Shown here: positions 36,825 to 49,182 of the stretch, one piece after another
Numbering within the stretch: the first letter of the stretch is position 1
Layout of the letters: each line of letters starts with the position of its first letter
From: Sphyrna mokarran
Lineage: Eukaryota
Length of the DNA stretch: 64,000 bases
Direction: 5' to 3'
Assembly (NCBI GenBank): GCA_024679065.1
Contig: JAGIQG010000006.1
Span: forward strand, 8,308,001-8,372,000
Position numbers and translations under genes: made by a program
The notes under the pieces: model-generated
Database searches by the model: none
What the model was told of the DNA's origin: nothing
What the model saw: only the letters and a program-made list of their open reading frames with translations

Positions 36825-37199
36825 CTACCGTCAACATCCAGATACTAAAACAAATTATAAAATATAAGATCAGTAAAAGAACCCGCACAACATAGGAAAC
36901 AAAAATGGACATGTCCTTGTCTTCAGCGATGAGGTGGATCTGACGGACGTCTCTCCCGAGTTCAGTTACAGCTACACAGCTGTATGTCCCTCTCAGTAGT
37001 GGGTTACGAAACTCTCCTGTGATTTGATACTTGTCTGGCTCTTGTGTGACTGTTGTGTCAGGGCTGTTCCCGGGCACTGAGCTGCCCACAGGATTGATCC
37101 ATGTGATATTGGCAGGTGGCCCCGCTTTAACCTGGCACACGATGCTCTCTCCAATTATTTTATTGGTCACTAACGACAGATTCAAGATGGTGGCTGGGA
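36825..37199 (-). CDS. Gene B C2-set plus TM exon (SYVVRVLLLILYFIICFSIWMLTV)
   Basis: Within ORF 36784-37440; donor |gtaagt; Arg codon CGG at 36883-36885. Confidence 0.92.
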
Positions 37200-40100
37200 C
37201 TTGGGGAAGGAAAGGGACAATGAGGTTAACACCGATCCATTGATCCTTACTAGAATATAGGAACAGGGATTGGCTATGTAACCCCTTCAGCCTGTTTAAC
37301 CATGCGGTGAGATCAGAATTGATCTGTGACCAAGTTCCATTGAACTGCCTGTAGAAATGTTTCTGAACTTCAATCCTGAAAAGTCTGGCTCTGATGTTTA
37401 GGCTTCTGACTCCTGCCCTGACTTTCAAAACCAGTGTCATAGAGGTTTACAGCATGGAAATAGGCCCTTCAGCCCAATTTGTCGATGCAGCCTTTTTTTA
37501 AACCTCTAAGCTAATCCAAGTTGTCCACATTTGGCCTATATCCCTCTATACCCATCATATTCATATAACTATCTAAATGGTTTTTAAAAGACAAAATTGT
37601 ACCTGCCTCTATTACTATCTCTGGCAGCTTGTCCCAGACATTCATCATCATCTGTGTTTAAAAAGAAAATGCCCCTCTGGACACTCTTCTATCTTTCCTT
37701 GTTCACCTTAAACTTATGCTCTCTAGTTTTAGACTCCCCTGCCTTTGGGAAAAGACTATCTCGCTGATCTGTGCCCCTCATTATTTTATACATAATGACA
37801 GTGGCAATAATTTCTCCCATTCTACATTTAAAATTTCTTGTAACAATTTGAAACCTTTGATCAAATCACCTATTAACCTTTTATATTCCAGCAAATGTAA
37901 CCCTAGTGTCTGTTGTGATCTTTCCTTGTAAAGAACACTTGGATTCAGATATCAGTCTGCAAAATCTACACTCCCTCCAAGGCCAATATATCTTTTCTAC
38001 TCTGCGCTGCTCCTGAGCTGTTCAGATTCTATCCAGATGTGATCCAAGCTGAGCTTTGTATAGTTCAATCATAACCCCCTTGTAGACTTGTCCTCTGGAT
38101 ATAAAGGCCAGCATTTCATTCACCTGTATTTGATCATTTTCTGTTCATATCTATGATATTTTAATGAGCACATTGGACATGTTCTGAGCAATTTTCTGCC
38201 CTGGGTCTAAGGAAGGACCTACTGGCCCTGGGGAGGATTCAGAGAATCCATCACGCAAACCAGCCTCCCATCCATTGACTCTGTCTACACTTCCCACTGC
38301 CTTGGCAAAGCAGTCGGAATAATGAAGGACCCTGGATATTCTCTCTTCCACCTTTGGAAAAAGAAACAAAAGTCCGAGGTCCCGTACCAACAGACTCAAG
38401 GACAGCTTCTTCCCTGCTGCTGTCAAACTTTTGAGTAAACTTACCTTGCGTTAGGTTGATCTTTCTCTACAACCTCACTATGACTGTGACTCTACATTCT
38501 ACACTCTCTCATTTCCTTCTCTATGAAGAGTATGTTTTGTCATATTGCACACAAGAAGCAATACTTTTCACTGTATGTTAAAGCATGTGACAATAATAAA
38601 TCAGATCAAAAGGAGGTTCACAAGAATGATCCCAGGAATGAAAAGCTTGAGGAGTGTCTGAGAACTCTGGGTCAGTACTGGATGGAGTTTACAAGGAGAA
38701 GGGGAGATCTCATCGAAACTTACAGAATACTGAAAGGACTGGATGAAGTGAACATGGGGAAGGTTAGATATATTGATGACTACAAGCACCGGACTGTGGC
38801 AACAAGGGAATTTCACTTCATTGCAGTGTTAATGTAAGCCTTACCTGTGAGTAATAAATAAACATGAAAGATATTTCCATTAACAGGAGAGACTAGGATC
38901 CGAAGGCACAGCCTCAGAGTAAAGGGACAATCCTTTGGAAAGAAGATGAGGAGGAATTTCTTCAGTCAGTGGGTGGTGAATCTCTGGAATTCATTACCAC
39001 AGAAAGCTGTGAAGGCCAGTTCATTATACTTCAGACAGTGATAGACAGGTTGTGGATTGGTCACGGGATGAAAGGTTACAGGAAAAAGGTGGGAAAACGG
39101 GGTTGAGAAACTGATGAGACATGATTGAATTGCAGAGCAAACCCGATGGGCTGAATGGCCTAATTCTGCTCCTATATATTATGCTCTTATGGACCTGTAT
39201 AACTGGATCTCCTCGGGTCTTTGGACTGTCACTGTTTCTAGATTAATGAATGATTATTACAATTCCATGGTGCTGAGATTCATTACAAGGCTCTCAGAGA
39301 GAAAGTAGTGGAGAGAGAGGTGACACCTAACAGAAGGAGATTGGATTATAGTATTCATAAAGGAACCAGATCAACCCCTGGATTTGTTGTTAATCTGGAA
39401 AGAGGATTGAATTAATCGGAGTTTATCCATGGATCTTGACAAAAGCGCAACCCAGGGAATGGAGGATGAAAGAGTCTCCTGAACACTCACTGTTCCCGAC
39501 AGGAAATGACACTCACCACAAGGTGGAAATCCACCTCTGGCCGTGTTGGTCACAGCCAATCATTCAGTGTCTATTGACTCACTCAGCGCTGTTTCCAGAT
39601 GTGGTCATTGGGACCAGGTTATTTGTGTAGAAATAATAAAGGTTCACCTCCATCTCAGCCCCTCACTGGGAATTGACCTGGTGTTAACTTTTCACAGTGC
39701 AGAAGAGGGCATTCAGCCCATTAAAGCCACATGGACTTTTACCCAGACTTAACGCATAACCCTCATATTTATCCCTACACATGTTTGGGCACCAAAAGAT
39801 TCTAAGTGCTGAATTTGTGGGAAAACTGTTGTAATTCACGATTGTTTTTCCAGTGGGAGTTGACACTCGAATCTCCCACACTCTGTGCAATGCAGTGTCC
39901 ACTATTAAGAATATCATTAAAAGTTTTGGGGGGGAGGGGTGGAGCCGATCCATGTAAAAGTCTGTCAGTTCTGGAACTCTGTGAAGGAGCAATGGCCCTG
40001 AGCTCTCAGCCTACAGTTTGCTGGCTGGCGATTGAGCTAACCAGCCTGGGGTCCTCACAGTGCTGCCCCTCCAGCCATCCGCCCACGGACTGATCGCGGA

Positions 40101-43100
40101 TCCAACGAGAATTCATGGGCCAGCCTCGATCCTGTCATCATCCAAGAGTGCCGCAATCTCCACCCCCACCTACCCCCCGCAGTGACGATCCCTCTTTGGC
40201 AGATCCAGTCCCCTCGGGAGGCAGACCCCACTCAGCAGACATCCCACCTCCCAGGAGACCCCACTCCCAGCAGATTGCCCCACGGGAGGCAGACCCACCT
40301 GACAAAACACCCCTCTCCCCCTGGCTCGACCTGTTCACTGACCTCCCTCCAGCCCCAATCGATCACAACGCAGATTGGCAGTGGGATCCCCCCCATTCCC
40401 ACCAATTGTCCCCTCGGCCCCACCCACTTGGCACAGCCCAGTAGGCCCTGCCCCTTGGCACTGCCGTGTGCCTGGTGGCAGTGTCAAGGTGTCCCCTGGG
40501 CATGGGCTCTTTGCCCCTTTGGCAGGTCCAGGTGACACAATCTGGAACTGTGATGATGCCCAAACCAGGGGGCAGCCCACTCACCATCCGACCCCCATGG
40601 GTCTCCAGCTACTTCCCTGAAAGTGGGTGCTACTCTAAACCCCCCTGGAGTGAAGTTGTACTGGTGATGGGAGTGGGGGGGAATGTTAGTGGGCTTGGAG
40701 AATTCAGTCCCAGGCCCCATTATCACATTTAATTAACATTAAAAATAGATTTAAATCACTCACCTGCTGCTGCCACTGGTTTCCAGTGGGGTCCTGACTG
40801 CGCCAGATCTTTGGCGCTGGGTGATGTGTGTCTGTCGGGGACACACACGCAAATCCCGTGAATCGGTCACCAGCGATTCTCCCATCCCACTGGGCTAAAA
40901 AATTAGGAAACTGGGGGGAAATTTAGCCTGGCCAATCCACCTAACCCATAAATCTTTGGACCGTGGGAGGAAACCACACCAACACAGGAAGACCATCAAA
41001 CTCCACAATGTATAAAATGATCCAAGCTGGAAATTGCCGGCACTGTGAGGCAGTAGTGCAAACCACTGTACCACCTGCTACAGAATGTTTTATCCACATC
41101 CCCATATCACAAACATTGATGTTTTCTTACCAACAACCTGGAGTCCCATCACATCCTGAGTTACATTTTCCTGATTCCTGTTCCTGACGTGTACGTGACA
41201 GAAATAATCATCGGTGTCTTTCAGCTGCAGGTTCCTCATCCTGAGGGAAGCGTTTCCTTGGGTTGGGTTTCCAATCAGTTCATATCGATCTCCTTCATTC
41301 ACAGTGACTGGGTCATTGTAGCCAGAACCAGCCCCCAGGGAACGAGTGTAACTAAAAACAGTGGAAAATTTTTTTTGATGCCTCTTCATCCAGAGGACAG
41401 TGAGGGAGCTGAGAGAATGCTGAGGGGGATTGAAGGTGCAAGACAGAGTGACAGAATCTCCCTTCACCCCAGTCACTGCCCGTGAATCATTCTGACCTGA
41501 GGGAAGGAGGATTTGAAAGAACAGACATTAATTATCATGTAGTTTTATTAAATGTAATCTCTACAATGTTTATCTCCCCTGCGATATCCCTGAAGACAGA
41601 TAACAGCGACCTAGATTTATACAAATACCTGGAAGTTAATGTTCCCTTAAGGAAATGAAGTTGGAAAAGTGCTGAGATCTTGGAGGGAAATTGCTTTGGA
41701 GGATGTGACAGCACTGAGATAGAAAAGGCCATGGAGGGATTTAAGGAGCAGGATGATGATGTTAAATAATGAGGAAATGGATCTTGTTCCTTTGGAGAGG
41801 ATTTCCTGCCGGGTCTGATGGACGATGTGATTGGTGGGATGAAAATGGATTGTGCTGGTGGGTTTTGGGACAGCATTGGGATAAAACCATGGATAAGTTA
41901 TCTCAGCCTGCCCGTACTAGACAAAGACATACTCCCATTACTCTCAATATCTACAACTGTCCCCCTCATGGGATAGCATGGAGACACAGAGGTTAGCACT
42001 GCTGCCTCACAGTGTCAGGGATCTGGATTTGATTCCTGACTTGGGTTACTGTTTGTGTGGAGTTTGCACATTGTCTGTGTGGGTTTCCTCTGAGTGCTCC
42101 GAACTCTCCCACATTCTGGAAGATGTGCTGGTTAGGTGCATTGACCTGAATAGGCTCCGTATTGTGGTGACTAGGGGAATTTCACAGTAACTTCATTTCA
42201 GTGTTAATGTAAGGCTTATTTGTGATTAATAAATGAACTTTAACTAAATTCACAGCAGGCAGGACCCAGGCATTCACAAAGATGTAAATCTCAGTCTTGT
42301 ACTTTCCCATTTCAAATCCATTTTACTCCAGAAAGCCAGTCTGTGAAGGATGATCCTCAACCTCTTCTTAGTCTTATATTTAATTACCGAGTGAATAATT
42401 ACAAACAAATATCTCCAAACACAATTGCACAGTTATAGAAATGTGTTTTGAAGATGTTCAGAAAAAACCTCTCCTTGCAGATCATTAAACACAACTCATA
42501 TCCAAATAGCAAATTAAATCCTCTTTAAATCTCTCTGGTGTGTGGGCTAGGTCGGTTAGCCATGTTAAATTGTCCCTTAGTGTCTTAATCCAGTGGTGGG
42601 TTGGGGGCTTGTAACAAAGTCCAAAAAGCAAACACTTCCCATTTGGCTCATGGGCTTCCCTGGGGATCCCTTCCATGGACATCTCTTCCATGGGGGTCCC
42701 ACTCAGCACTGGATTGTGGGAACTGGGAAGCCTGCTGAGAGTTACCCCTTGTGTTTGTTGCTGACCTGCCGTCCCCACACCTTCTCTCCTGGGACTCCCC
42801 GTCCCGCAATCACTCACCTGTGCCTGGCTCCATTGGTTAACGTGGTATTTGAGTGGGTGTAGTAGCAGCAGCAACCACATCCCCCTCAGTGGCACCACTG
42901 AGCCATGAAGAGTATCTGCCCTCTGATTGGGACCTCACCCAGGGACTTGGTCTCAGGAAAGGCCCAGTGCTGCCCTGCTGAGTGCCTGATTACACTGAAT
43001 GGTACAAGCCTTCCTAAATTAGGTGGTACTCGTTCTCCAGTCAGCGGGTGAAATCACCATCATGTTAAATTCCACCTAATAATTACCTGTTCTGGGTTTA

Positions 43101-46100
43101 AGATTAATCACTTATTTAACAAACGCATAACTCCTATTTGTACAATCCATCACCAGTATCTACAAATGCCTCTACATGAGCTCAAATTATTATCCAATGT
43201 GTGCTTCCCCCCTTGTATCTCATTAACTTTTGTGATAACCCCTGCGAGGTCCATGGGAAAGCATTGATTGACCTCTCTGTAGGACTCATTGAGTATGAGT
43301 TCCCTGGTAACAGGCAGTTCCTGTCTATTCCTGAGGCTTGTATAAGGCAGGCCTTGGACTGGGCCTGCTGATCTGCAGTCCCTGGCAGGCCCTAGTAGTT
43401 TGGAGATGCCTGATTGGGGCTTCATTACACTCTGGATTTGCTGTATCTGCTGCTGCCAGACTGAGAGCTGAGAGTTACTGGAGAGGGAAGCTGCTGCTTG
43501 GAGAGAGAGAGAGAGAGAGGCCCCAGGGCCTGGAGGCTCACAGGCCTCACAGCCTGCAATGGAGAGAGGGAAACTGGGCAGGGCCTGAAAACTGCTCTGA
43601 GTGCAATGGGAGAATCCCAGCTCAGGATCAATATTAAATCAGTTTTACATTTCTACACAATGTGAAACATGACAAGTCCAAATCCCTCCCTCTGAAATCC
43701 GCACACCAGATGTGTCAATGTGAGCCACTCAGTTATGTCCTCACTTTTACAGGAAAACCAGAGCTGAATAATAAATCTAGTTTGATATCTAGTTTGCCCG
43801 GTACCACCCTGGTTTAAGGGCAATCCATTCCGCAGTGGCCCAGTGAATCATCAGTGATTCAGGAAGATGTCCCATAAATTTCCTGGGACGGACAATAAGA
43901 ACACAGAACATAGAACATTACAGCGCAGAACAGGCCCTTCGGCCTTCGATGTTGCGCCGACCAATTATGAAAAAAAATGCAATGACCCTCCAAACTAAAC
44001 CATTCCCTTCTCTTCCATAAACTTATCAACTAACCTCTTAAACGCCACCAAACTTGGCGCATCTACAACTGCCGCAAGCAGGGCATTCCACTCCCTAACC
44101 ACCCTCTGGGTAAAGAATCTACCTCTCATATAACTATCAGCATTGCTCACAAACCAAGAGTAAACTCTTTATCATCAAAACCCTACAGCACAAAAGGAGG
44201 GCATTCAGCCCATCGAGTCTGCACTGACCACAATCCCATCTGTCCCTGTAACCCCACACATTTACTCCACTAATCCCTCTAATTTACACATCCCGGGACA
44301 CTAAGACACAATTTAACATGGCCAATGCACCTCTGTAGCACATCTTTAAAACATTTGTGCTTGTGTTTGGATTAAATTTACATACAGTCTTATATCGAAT
44401 TTGAAATATTCTTCACCTCTCATTATGAGATCTCCATGCTCCAATTGATAAGCTGCTCCTTTTTTACCATCGAGCTCCATGCGACAGAAATATTTATTTC
44501 TTGTGTCCTCTTTATCCAGCTGTTTGATGATGATTGAAGCTTCGTTCTTCCTCGGGTTTCCCAGCGCTTGGTAACGATTATTAATATTCAGGATGACCAG
44601 ATTCTTAAACTGTCTGCCCGGTGCGTTTTGTGTTGGATAATTTGTATAATTAAATATCGCTTCCTTTCCTCTGAACCATTTAACCGTGATGTTGCCATTA
44701 TATCCCGAGTGAGGGTGAGTGAACTTGCAGAACAGAACAGTAGCTTTTCCTTCCCTACCCGTCACCTTCTCCGGTGTCTCCATGCTCCAGCCATTGTTAC
44801 TGAGAACTGGAAAACACAAAATGCTGTTTAAACACCTAACTGAGATGGGAGCTGTTACGGGACTCTGACGGAAGCTTTCTTGTTCTATTCCCCTCAAGTA
44901 ACCAAACAAAGTGACGGAGTGATTTGAAGATGAACTTTACAATAGCTATCGGCCCCTGAATATCCATTCAGAGTAAAGAATTCAGAGATATAAAGGCAAT
45001 TAAAATCTCAGCTATGATTACAAATAATTAACATACACCAATAACAGAATATGAGTTATCTCCATCCAATCACAGTTAATAGTTCATGTAACATCATATA
45101 AAATGTAATATTTAAAACCAATCACAATCACCTTACACTTGCTTAATTATAATATCCAATAGCGGTGAGCTTTTTACTGCCTGATTTGAGTATTATTCTC
45201 CCCTATCTTTACACACTTAGACTGTGTCTACACACTCCAACACCGGTCCTTGTCCAGTGCATGATGTAAAAGACTTCTCCCAGCACAGTATCTTTCTCCC
45301 TTCTTTACCTGAAGGTCAAACTAGTTTCTTGTAATAACCACCTTGTAATTACACATTGTGTAAGCTTTGTGATTTGTCCATGTTAATCCTTTCACTGAAC
45401 ACAGTTATTCATGTGCCGATTATTTTCCTCCATAATTATTAATATGGGTATTGATCCGCCTCAAGAGGCAATGGTTCCAACCCTTCAGGATTGGCCAAGA
45501 GTCTCCAGCCTAAGAAATTATGTACTTGCCACAGAGGAACATAGAACATAGAACATTACAGCACAGTACAGGCCTTTCGGCCCTCGATGTTGCGCCGGCC
45601 AGTGGACCCTCTAACCTAAACTATTCCAGTATCATCCATATGCCTATCCACCGAACATTTGAATGCCCCCAAAGTAGGCGAGTCCACAACTGCTGCAGGC
45701 AGGGCATTCCACGCCCTCACCACCCTCTGTGTAAAGGACCTGCCTCTGACATCCGTCCTATAACTACCACCTCTTAATTTAAAGTTATGTCTCCTCGTGT
45801 TGGTCATCACCATCCGAGGAAGAAGGCTCTCACTATCCACCCTATCCAGTCAGTGAAGTGCAGTGAAGGTTCACCAGACCGATTCCTGGGCAGGCAGGAT
45901 TGATGTATGAGGAGAGATTGGGGGGACAATTCACTGGAGTTTAGAAGAATGAGAGAGAATCTAACTGAAATTTTTAAATTCTAATTGAGCTGGACAGACT
46001 GGATGAGGGATAATCTTTGCCCTAGCTGGTGTCTGGAACAAAGGGTCACATTCTCAGGATGTAGGGCAGGCCATTTGTTTTATTCATTCATGGGAAATGG

Positions 46101-49100
46101 CTTTCAGTGGAATGACATTTCAGAGGAATGTTAGGAGTCCCATCAGTATGGATCTGGAGTCACATGTAGGTCAGGCTCGGGTAATGAGGTCAGATTTCCT
46201 TCCCTAAAGGACATGAGTGAATCCAATGGGTTTGTTTATGACAACCAACATGGTCATCGTTAGAGATTTAAATCCAGATTTTTATTGAAAAAGGGTGAAA
46301 CTTGTAAATGTTGATGTTCAGGGGACTTGGGAGTGCTCAGGATGGGAACACAGAAAGTTAGTATACAGGTCCACCAGCAATTAGGAAGGAAACTGACATG
46401 TTAGTCTTTACTGTAAGAGGATTGGGGTAGCAGAATAACAAAGTCTTGCAACAATGGGTGGGATTGCATCTAGAATATTTACAATTGTATTTTCCATATT
46501 TAGGAAGGATAAACTTATATAGGAGGCAGTAGCGTGAATGTTCACTAAATTTTTCCCTGGGTTGAGATTGTTGTGCTGTGGTATATAGAACATAGAGACT
46601 GAATAAACCAGCTCACTATTCTCTGGAGTTTTAAAGAGTAACAGGTTACCTCATCAATTGCTAGAAGATTGTGAAAGACGTTGAAAGGGTGAACGCTGAG
46701 AGATTGTTTCCCCTGACTGGGGGATTATTGTCTCACAGCACCAGCAACCAAAGTTCAATTCTGGCCTCGGGTCACTGTCTGTGTGGAAGCTGTATGTTCT
46801 TCCCATGTCAGTGTGGATTTCCTCTGGGTGCTCCAGTTTTCTCCCACAATCCAAAGATGTTCAGGTTACGTTGATTGGCCATAATAAATTGCCTCTTAGT
46901 GTCAGGGGAAAAAAAACAGGATAAATGAAGGTTACGGAGATAGAACCTGAATGGGATTGTGGTCAGTACAGACTTGATGGGCTGAATGGTCTCCTTCGGT
47001 ACGTAGGGATTCTATGATTCGACAAGGATAAAGGGCTGACTATTTTGGACAGAGATGAGGAGAAATTTCTTCGCTAAAGTGTCGTGATTCTATGGGAATC
47101 TTTATGCCAGAGGGTTATAACTGCTCCTGAGCTGAATAAAGTTAATTCTTGGATAGATAGATTTTTGGTCCCTCGGGGATTAAAAAGATTATTTCTTTTA
47201 TTTATTATGTCACAAGCAGGCTTACATTAACACAACAATGAAGTAACTGAATTACTGTGAAAATCCCTAATCGCCACACTCCGGTGCATTTTTGGGCACA
47301 ATGAGGGAGAATTTAGCTAATGCACCTAATTAGCACATCTTCGACACTGAGGGACAATTTAGCATGGCTAATGCACCTAGCCAGCACGTCTTCAGACTGT
47401 GGGAGGAAACCGGAGCACCACAGACACAGGGAAAGTGTGCAGACTGTGCACATACAGTGACCCAAGCTGGGAATCAAACCCAGGTTGTTGGTGCTGTGAG
47501 GCAGCAGTGCTAACCACTGTGCCATCATATTACCCCATGGAAGTGTGTACTGCAGTCTAACTAGAGTGTGAAACAGTTTGTAATGTCACTACCTGATAAG
47601 AAATAAGCCGGGGAAAGCAATTCAGCCCTTCAAGCCTGCTCCACCATTCATTAAGATCATGGCTGATCTGATTCTGCTCTTAACTTCATTTTCCTGCCTG
47701 TTCCCACACCTTTGACTTGTAGGTTAAAAATCTGAATAAGCCTTGGCTACATTCAATGATTCAGCATCCACTGCTGTCTGGGGAGGTGAATTCTACAAAC
47801 AAATGACCCTCGGAGAGAAGAAGTTCCTGCGCATCTCCATCTTAAACTGGAGACCCTTATTCTGAAACTCTGGCCCCTCGTTCAAGATGCGGGAAAAAAC
47901 TTCCTCTCAGCATCTATATGTCAGGCTCACGCAGATTCTAATATGTTTCAAGAAGATCATCTTTCAATCTTCTAAACTCCAGAGTTATCGACACAATCTG
48001 TTCGACCTTTCCCCAAAAGACCAACTGCTGAACCCCAGAATCAGCCCAGTGAATCCTTCTGGAACCTTCTTTGCGTCTGGAGTCACATGTAGGCCAGGCT
48101 GGGTAAGGATAGCAGATTTCCTTCTCTAAAGGATATGAGTGAATCAGATGGGTTTTTACGTTAATTGATCTAGTCATCATCTGAGTTTTAGTTCCAGATT
48201 TTTATTTAAAAATGGTGCAACTTGTAAATGTTGGTGTTCAGAGAGACTTGGGGGTGCTCACATTGGGAACACAGAAAGTTAGTGTAAGACCCACAAGCAT
48301 TTCCTTTATTCATCAGAGACCAAAGTCTCTGACAGTGCGAGAGTAACTTCTCTCTTTCCATACTCTATATATCGACTAATAACACGAAAGTTTCCCATAT
48401 ACCTTCGCAATGATCTTATACCCCGGGCGATCTGATTTATCCTCTCATTGTAGTATCTTATGTTTGAGGGTTTTCATTTACTGCATTGTAAAATGTTCTT
48501 ATTTGCAAAGGAAGCTAAAGCAAATACACAAATCTAACAACACACATCCTTAACAATTCTTCTGACAGACCAGCCCCTGATCCTACATCAGTATAAAATT
48601 CAGCACAATATACAGTAAGATATTTAGTGTGAAAGCATTATATTCAGTGTCATATTGAGTATAATATTCAGCAATTGTCCATGTGTATTCTATATAATAT
48701 TCAGAATACAATTCAATATACATTCAGGAACTGTAAAGTCATCATCGTGCCAGATGACCAGAGGCTGCTCTACCCTTTGAGTGGGAGAGCTGCCTGGTGA
48801 TGATTTAACCTGAGGATCATTACATCTCAGCTGAGGGGCAAGGTTGAGAAGGCAGCGCCTTCATGAATAACCCCCGCGGGTACAGGAATTGAACCCACAC
48901 TGTTGGCATAACTCACCAGATGGCCATCCAACTGAGCTGAACCAACCCACAGTAGCTTTGTTGGTATAATATTCCATTTAATATGAAGTTTTATATTCAG
49001 CATAATATTCCATGTAACACAAAGTCACTGATCCTTCTCACCTGTGGTGAGCCAGTTTTTTTTGACACTCTAAATTATTTTACTGAAACAGTATAGCAGA

Positions 49101-49182
49101 GGGAAAATGAGTTCATTCTTTAAAAATACATACATTTTGCTGAGCTGGTCAGTGTGAGTGTACACAGCACGATCCACAGCAT
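36825..49182 (-). CDS. Gene B: Siglec-15-like activating-type Ig receptor (leader-V1-V2-C2/TM with TM Arg, short tail)
   Basis: Exons 49182-49134, 44806-44417, 41496-41131, 37199-36825, all AG/GT, phase 1, one open frame; no copy of the 69-nt tail exons seen downstream; last exon uncertain (read-through stop at 36784). Confidence 0.87.
41131..41496 (-). CDS. Gene B V2 exon
   Basis: 366 nt, 9 nt different from gene A V2, same splice sites. Confidence 0.92.
44417..44806 (-). CDS. Gene B V1 exon (YFCRME retained)
   Basis: 390 nt, one codon longer than A (DGKKG vs DGNG); ccag| and |gtgaag. Confidence 0.92.
49134..49182 (-). CDS. Gene B signal-peptide exon MLWIVLCTLTLTSSAK
   Basis: Identical to gene A leader exon; |gtatgt donor. 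Confidence 0.88.

Larger units (their letters stand above)
16166..39910. repeat. Tandem segmental duplication unit 1 (~23.7 kb)
   Basis: Colinear and near-identical to 39911-63565, with many paired ORFs (e.g. 18734/42485, 24721/46408, 31625/53315, 38151/62598). Confidence 0.93.
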
